A stretch of 64,000 nucleotides of DNA from Eledone cirrhosa (taxonomy: Eukaryota), in NCBI GenBank assembly GCA_964016885.1, contig OZ024747.1:23808001-23872000 (forward strand), given 5' to 3'. The notes below the pieces were generated by a model. That model did not search any database, was not told the origin of the DNA, and saw nothing but the letters and a program-made list of their open reading frames with translations. The translations under genes were made by a program, and so were the position numbers. Each line of letters opens with the position of its first letter. Position 1 is the first letter of the stretch. Shown one piece after another: positions 63,301 through 64,000 of this stretch.

Positions 63301-63552
63301 AAATACTAAAGAGTTAAAACATCCAAGCAACCTCCTGTGAGATGCTCCTATATAGAAGGGGTGAATATCATACATTTCAGTTTTAGATGTGAAGTTACAG
63401 ACTTAGAAAGTGGAACGTCTGATTGAGAAAAAGATGATGTCTTACCCAGCTGTTTTGGATTGTTGATCATATGATTGGAAATATTACAGATACAGGAGAG
63501 TAGGAGCTGCTTCAGATATTCAGCAGAGTTATTCTCTTCCAATTCCAGTACT
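39242..63552 (-). CDS. HEATR1: HEAT repeat-containing protein 1 (UTP10/BAP28), last 21 coding exons; 5' part outside window
   Basis: 21 GT-AG exons, 2725 nt, phases consistent; PQTHHHALLLL, RQDDTYSF, FVDAFPHIPAHRR, HTSKQLRHFK, MKLSEAKFKPFF, LWKSLNYQVLLKT, LLPETVPFLAELMEDE, LGEPLQKYF* match the HEATR1 C-terminus (BP28CT region). Confidence 0.96.
39492..39600 (-). CDS. HEATR1: HEATR1 exon
   Basis: VRLASLTMINELHKKLGESYLNLLPETVPFLAELME. Confidence 0.95.
40235..40630 (+). mobile_element. Degenerate mariner transposase 3' fragment
   Basis: YYANLLRQLRKTIKTKRPG..KGVLFH*DIAPAHKS..FPNIKK..WKKYVD...DYVEK. Confidence 0.85.
40732..40884 (-). CDS. HEATR1: HEATR1 exon
   Basis: FSNMYDKKYNERVMDHLVPCLSQLAVATHDDTLWKSLNYQVLLKTKHSSVN. 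Confidence 0.95.
41027..41163 (-). CDS. HEATR1: HEATR1 exon
   Basis: IQWKKNMSMLLIYVIDCAHKCFLYDTDGFVNKESFQLLMTPLVDQ. Confidence 0.93.
41305..41405 (-). CDS. HEATR1: HEATR1 exon
   Basis: LAANLRSLFLIFAGHIVKHMAEVLNQYNKDKNP. Confidence 0.93.
42636..42706 (-). CDS. HEATR1: HEATR1 exon
   Basis: CFNWCMSNKTNKLCVLVFYRLAE. Confidence 0.9.
43315..43428 (-). CDS. HEATR1: HEATR1 exon
   Basis: PKKETNVDISGIEGEINKSIISLVMKLSEAKFKPFFLK. Confidence 0.93.
43517..44984 (+). mobile_element. 5'-truncated RTE LINE with (GAT)n tail
   Basis: QFGFVPGKSTT..KAFDRVPR..GVHQGSVLSPLLF..YADDL; TA-rich repeats at both ends. Confidence 0.92.
44998..45345 (-). mobile_element. Full-length tRNA-derived SINE with RTE-derived tail
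   Basis: tRNA head tggcttagtggttaaagc..gagttcaattct; body ccttgagcaagacacttta; 3' end shared with the adjacent RTE tail. Confidence 0.85.
45560..45694 (-). CDS. HEATR1: HEATR1 exon
   Basis: SYISCLMDILSDHIANTMTKEEVNKQYIPLEQFFLTCLEFRLHCK. Confidence 0.92.
46708..46792 (-). CDS. HEATR1: HEATR1 exon
   Basis: VIIASKVPSRILVTVISKCYTVYLLKNK. Confidence 0.9.
47381..47448 (-). CDS. HEATR1: HEATR1 exon
   Basis: ICYLSCEETIDNPNLVLRLKGLR. Confidence 0.88.
47510..48880. repeat. Intronic minisatellite (39-bp unit, 69-bp higher-order unit in left half)
   Basis: gtagtgaatggtagaactggtagaggtgatgttgttaag repeats. Confidence 0.97.
48978..49077 (-). CDS. HEATR1: HEATR1 exon
   Basis: NTLLLLSTVTALHRLLQYHSSFLSPYIGNILDY. 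Confidence 0.92.
49303..49379. repeat. (AG)n microsatellite
   Basis: Uninterrupted AG run. Confidence 0.95.
49474..49658 (-). CDS. HEATR1: HEATR1 exon
   Basis: TLLVSIQILQQREDSPQLLACSLLCIGEICS...LMPVIMNLLEKTDFLLR. Confidence 0.93.
49745..50440. repeat. Degenerate ~28-33-bp tandem array interrupted by an RTE 3' fragment (49905-50322, +)
   Basis: actacactgtctatatataactaa units on both sides of HGSETW..RRLRWYGHV..(GAT)n. Confidence 0.85.
51501..51671 (-). CDS. HEATR1: HEATR1 exon
   Basis: HSALLPLVTKLTDIVEKK...SQTAMYSLKLLCRQLTCNGAAQLNK. Confidence 0.93.
52376..52510 (-). CDS. HEATR1: HEATR1 exon
   Basis: VCTLLPNQVFINVISTLITHQLTTVQKKSMELLNTKLSEEIPQDM. Confidence 0.93.
52515..52945. repeat. Degenerate ~42-bp tandem array abutting a splice acceptor
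   Basis: gagggtatatagtgacagaacaaggtaaatagagagagagat-like units. Confidence 0.85.
52949..53129 (+). mobile_element. tRNA-derived SINE (Meta/MESC-like)
   Basis: Reverse complement of the family at 11062-11454. Confidence 0.85.
53803..53970 (-). CDS. HEATR1: HEATR1 exon
   Basis: IANTAESTLQDHYEKLLEVVFNYL...RFWKILLGRVSHLLDK. Confidence 0.94.
54737..54903 (-). CDS. HEATR1: HEATR1 exon
   Basis: AEKKKSVPE...IFNTEYHTSKQLRHFKYSSVNFFVCLLERTEFISQ. Confidence 0.94.
54936..55124 (-). mobile_element. tRNA-derived SINE (Meta/MESC-like)
   Basis: Full copy with taaaaa..ataataataat duplication on both sides. Confidence 0.85.
55996..56128 (-). CDS. HEATR1: HEATR1 exon
   Basis: SPESLPSELEFAFNLSFQFSPEQQLDAIRNGLMYLSKLPTEIKR. 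Confidence 0.93.
56577..56720. mobile_element. pogo/Tigger-like MITE
   Basis: TIRs caggaaaaattccgttataacgaa and ttcgttataatggaatttcactg, TA on both sides. Confidence 0.75.
56748..56993 (-). CDS. HEATR1: HEATR1 exon
   Basis: ACEERAK...VLKVFVDAFPHIPAHRRIMLFKEL...DSNAE. Confidence 0.96.
57554..57682 (-). CDS. HEATR1: HEATR1 exon
   Basis: EMLLHNVMAVFTFVGGTMVRQDDTYSFSMIYRTLETVIPALLA. Confidence 0.96.
59177..60612 (+). mobile_element. Young 5'-truncated RTE LINE, ORF open to native stop (60307)
   Basis: Uninterrupted MYRGAVSKV..QGSVLSP..YADDL..WPCSVC..HKRC..HGSETW..RRLRWYGHV; 3' UTR and (GAT)n; TA repeats on both sides. Confidence 0.95.
61756..61877 (-). CDS. HEATR1: HEATR1 exon
   Basis: ILQTQKFDMELIVKCIRTSSSPQTHHHALLLLTVAAKIDP. 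Confidence 0.96.
62594..62811 (-). mobile_element. tRNA-derived SINE (Meta/MESC-like) with 16-bp TSD
   Basis: TSD tgtat(g/a)gtgaaataat at 62578-62593 and 62812-62827. Confidence 0.85.
63090..63317. mobile_element. piggyBac-like MITE
   Basis: TTAA-bounded TIRs ttaactctttagcattta and taaatactaaagagttaa; a related element begins at ~63823 (ttaaccctttag). Confidence 0.65.
63446..63552 (-). CDS. HEATR1: HEATR1 exon (most 5' in window)
   Basis: VLELEENNSAEYLKQLLLSCICNISNHMINNPKQL. Confidence 0.93.
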
Positions 63553-64000
63553 CTAGAGTGAGACAGAGACAGAGATATTAAATACATTGCAGTAAATACT
63601 TGTCTTAAATATTAAATGAAGATATGATACCTCATTATGTTTTAAGGCCCAAATCTCAGTTAAAGCTGGGGTCAGCCTTGCAGGCCTCATGATAAGCTTC
63701 TCTATTTTGCCCTTTTCTCTGCATCTCCACATTGGCTTTCATTCATCATTTTTAGCCATGTCTTTCCTGGTCTTCCTCTTCCTCTACATCATTCATTTCT
63801 ATCATACCTATCACTAAGTCACTTTAACCCTTTAGTGTTCAAACCGCCCCAAACTGGGCGCAATTATTTCCCCTTCATTTGTTCAATCTGCTCAAAACCG
63901 GCCGATAACACCCACACTAAAATATCGTTCTAAAAATAAACAATACCGTTATCAAAATCTCGTCAATTCGAGATTACTGTGACATTAGGGCCTTACCCTG

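Noticed and set aside
39331-63445. Intronic snoRNAs in HEATR1
   Set aside because: No convincing C/D pair with terminal stem or H/ACA fold found by eye; an Infernal/snoscan run is needed to exclude them.

Overview
AT-rich, repeat-dense eukaryotic genomic DNA. The repeat complement (tRNA-derived SINEs, RTE LINEs with (GAT)n tails, TA microsatellites) suggests a cephalopod, probably Octopus; this is inference. Two spliced genes were assembled by hand from GT-AG exons with consistent phases. (1) A complete class I eIF4E on + (7 coding exons, 13085-37896, 219 aa). (2) The last 21 coding exons (about 907 codons) of HEATR1/UTP10 on - (39242-63552, continuing past the window), ending tail-to-tail with eIF4E. 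A possible N-terminal exon of a third gene lies at 1-96 (-). The rest is mostly degraded mobile DNA: RTE, CR1, CRE and Penelope-like retroelements, SINEs, mariner/maT, hAT, pogo and piggyBac-like MITEs, and Helentron-like elements. Most listed ORFs are TE remnants or microsatellite artefacts. No clearly new protein-coding system is visible. The main unexplained signal is a high density of locally generated fold-back (inverted) duplications with arms of 23-440 bp, many inside introns, including a pre-miRNA-like hairpin whose origin can be traced. Other observations: a LINE-derived higher-order minisatellite, a SINE family with long TSDs that all end in TAAT, nearly abutting opposite poly(A) signals of the two genes, and a candidate 3-nt microexon or recursive splice site.
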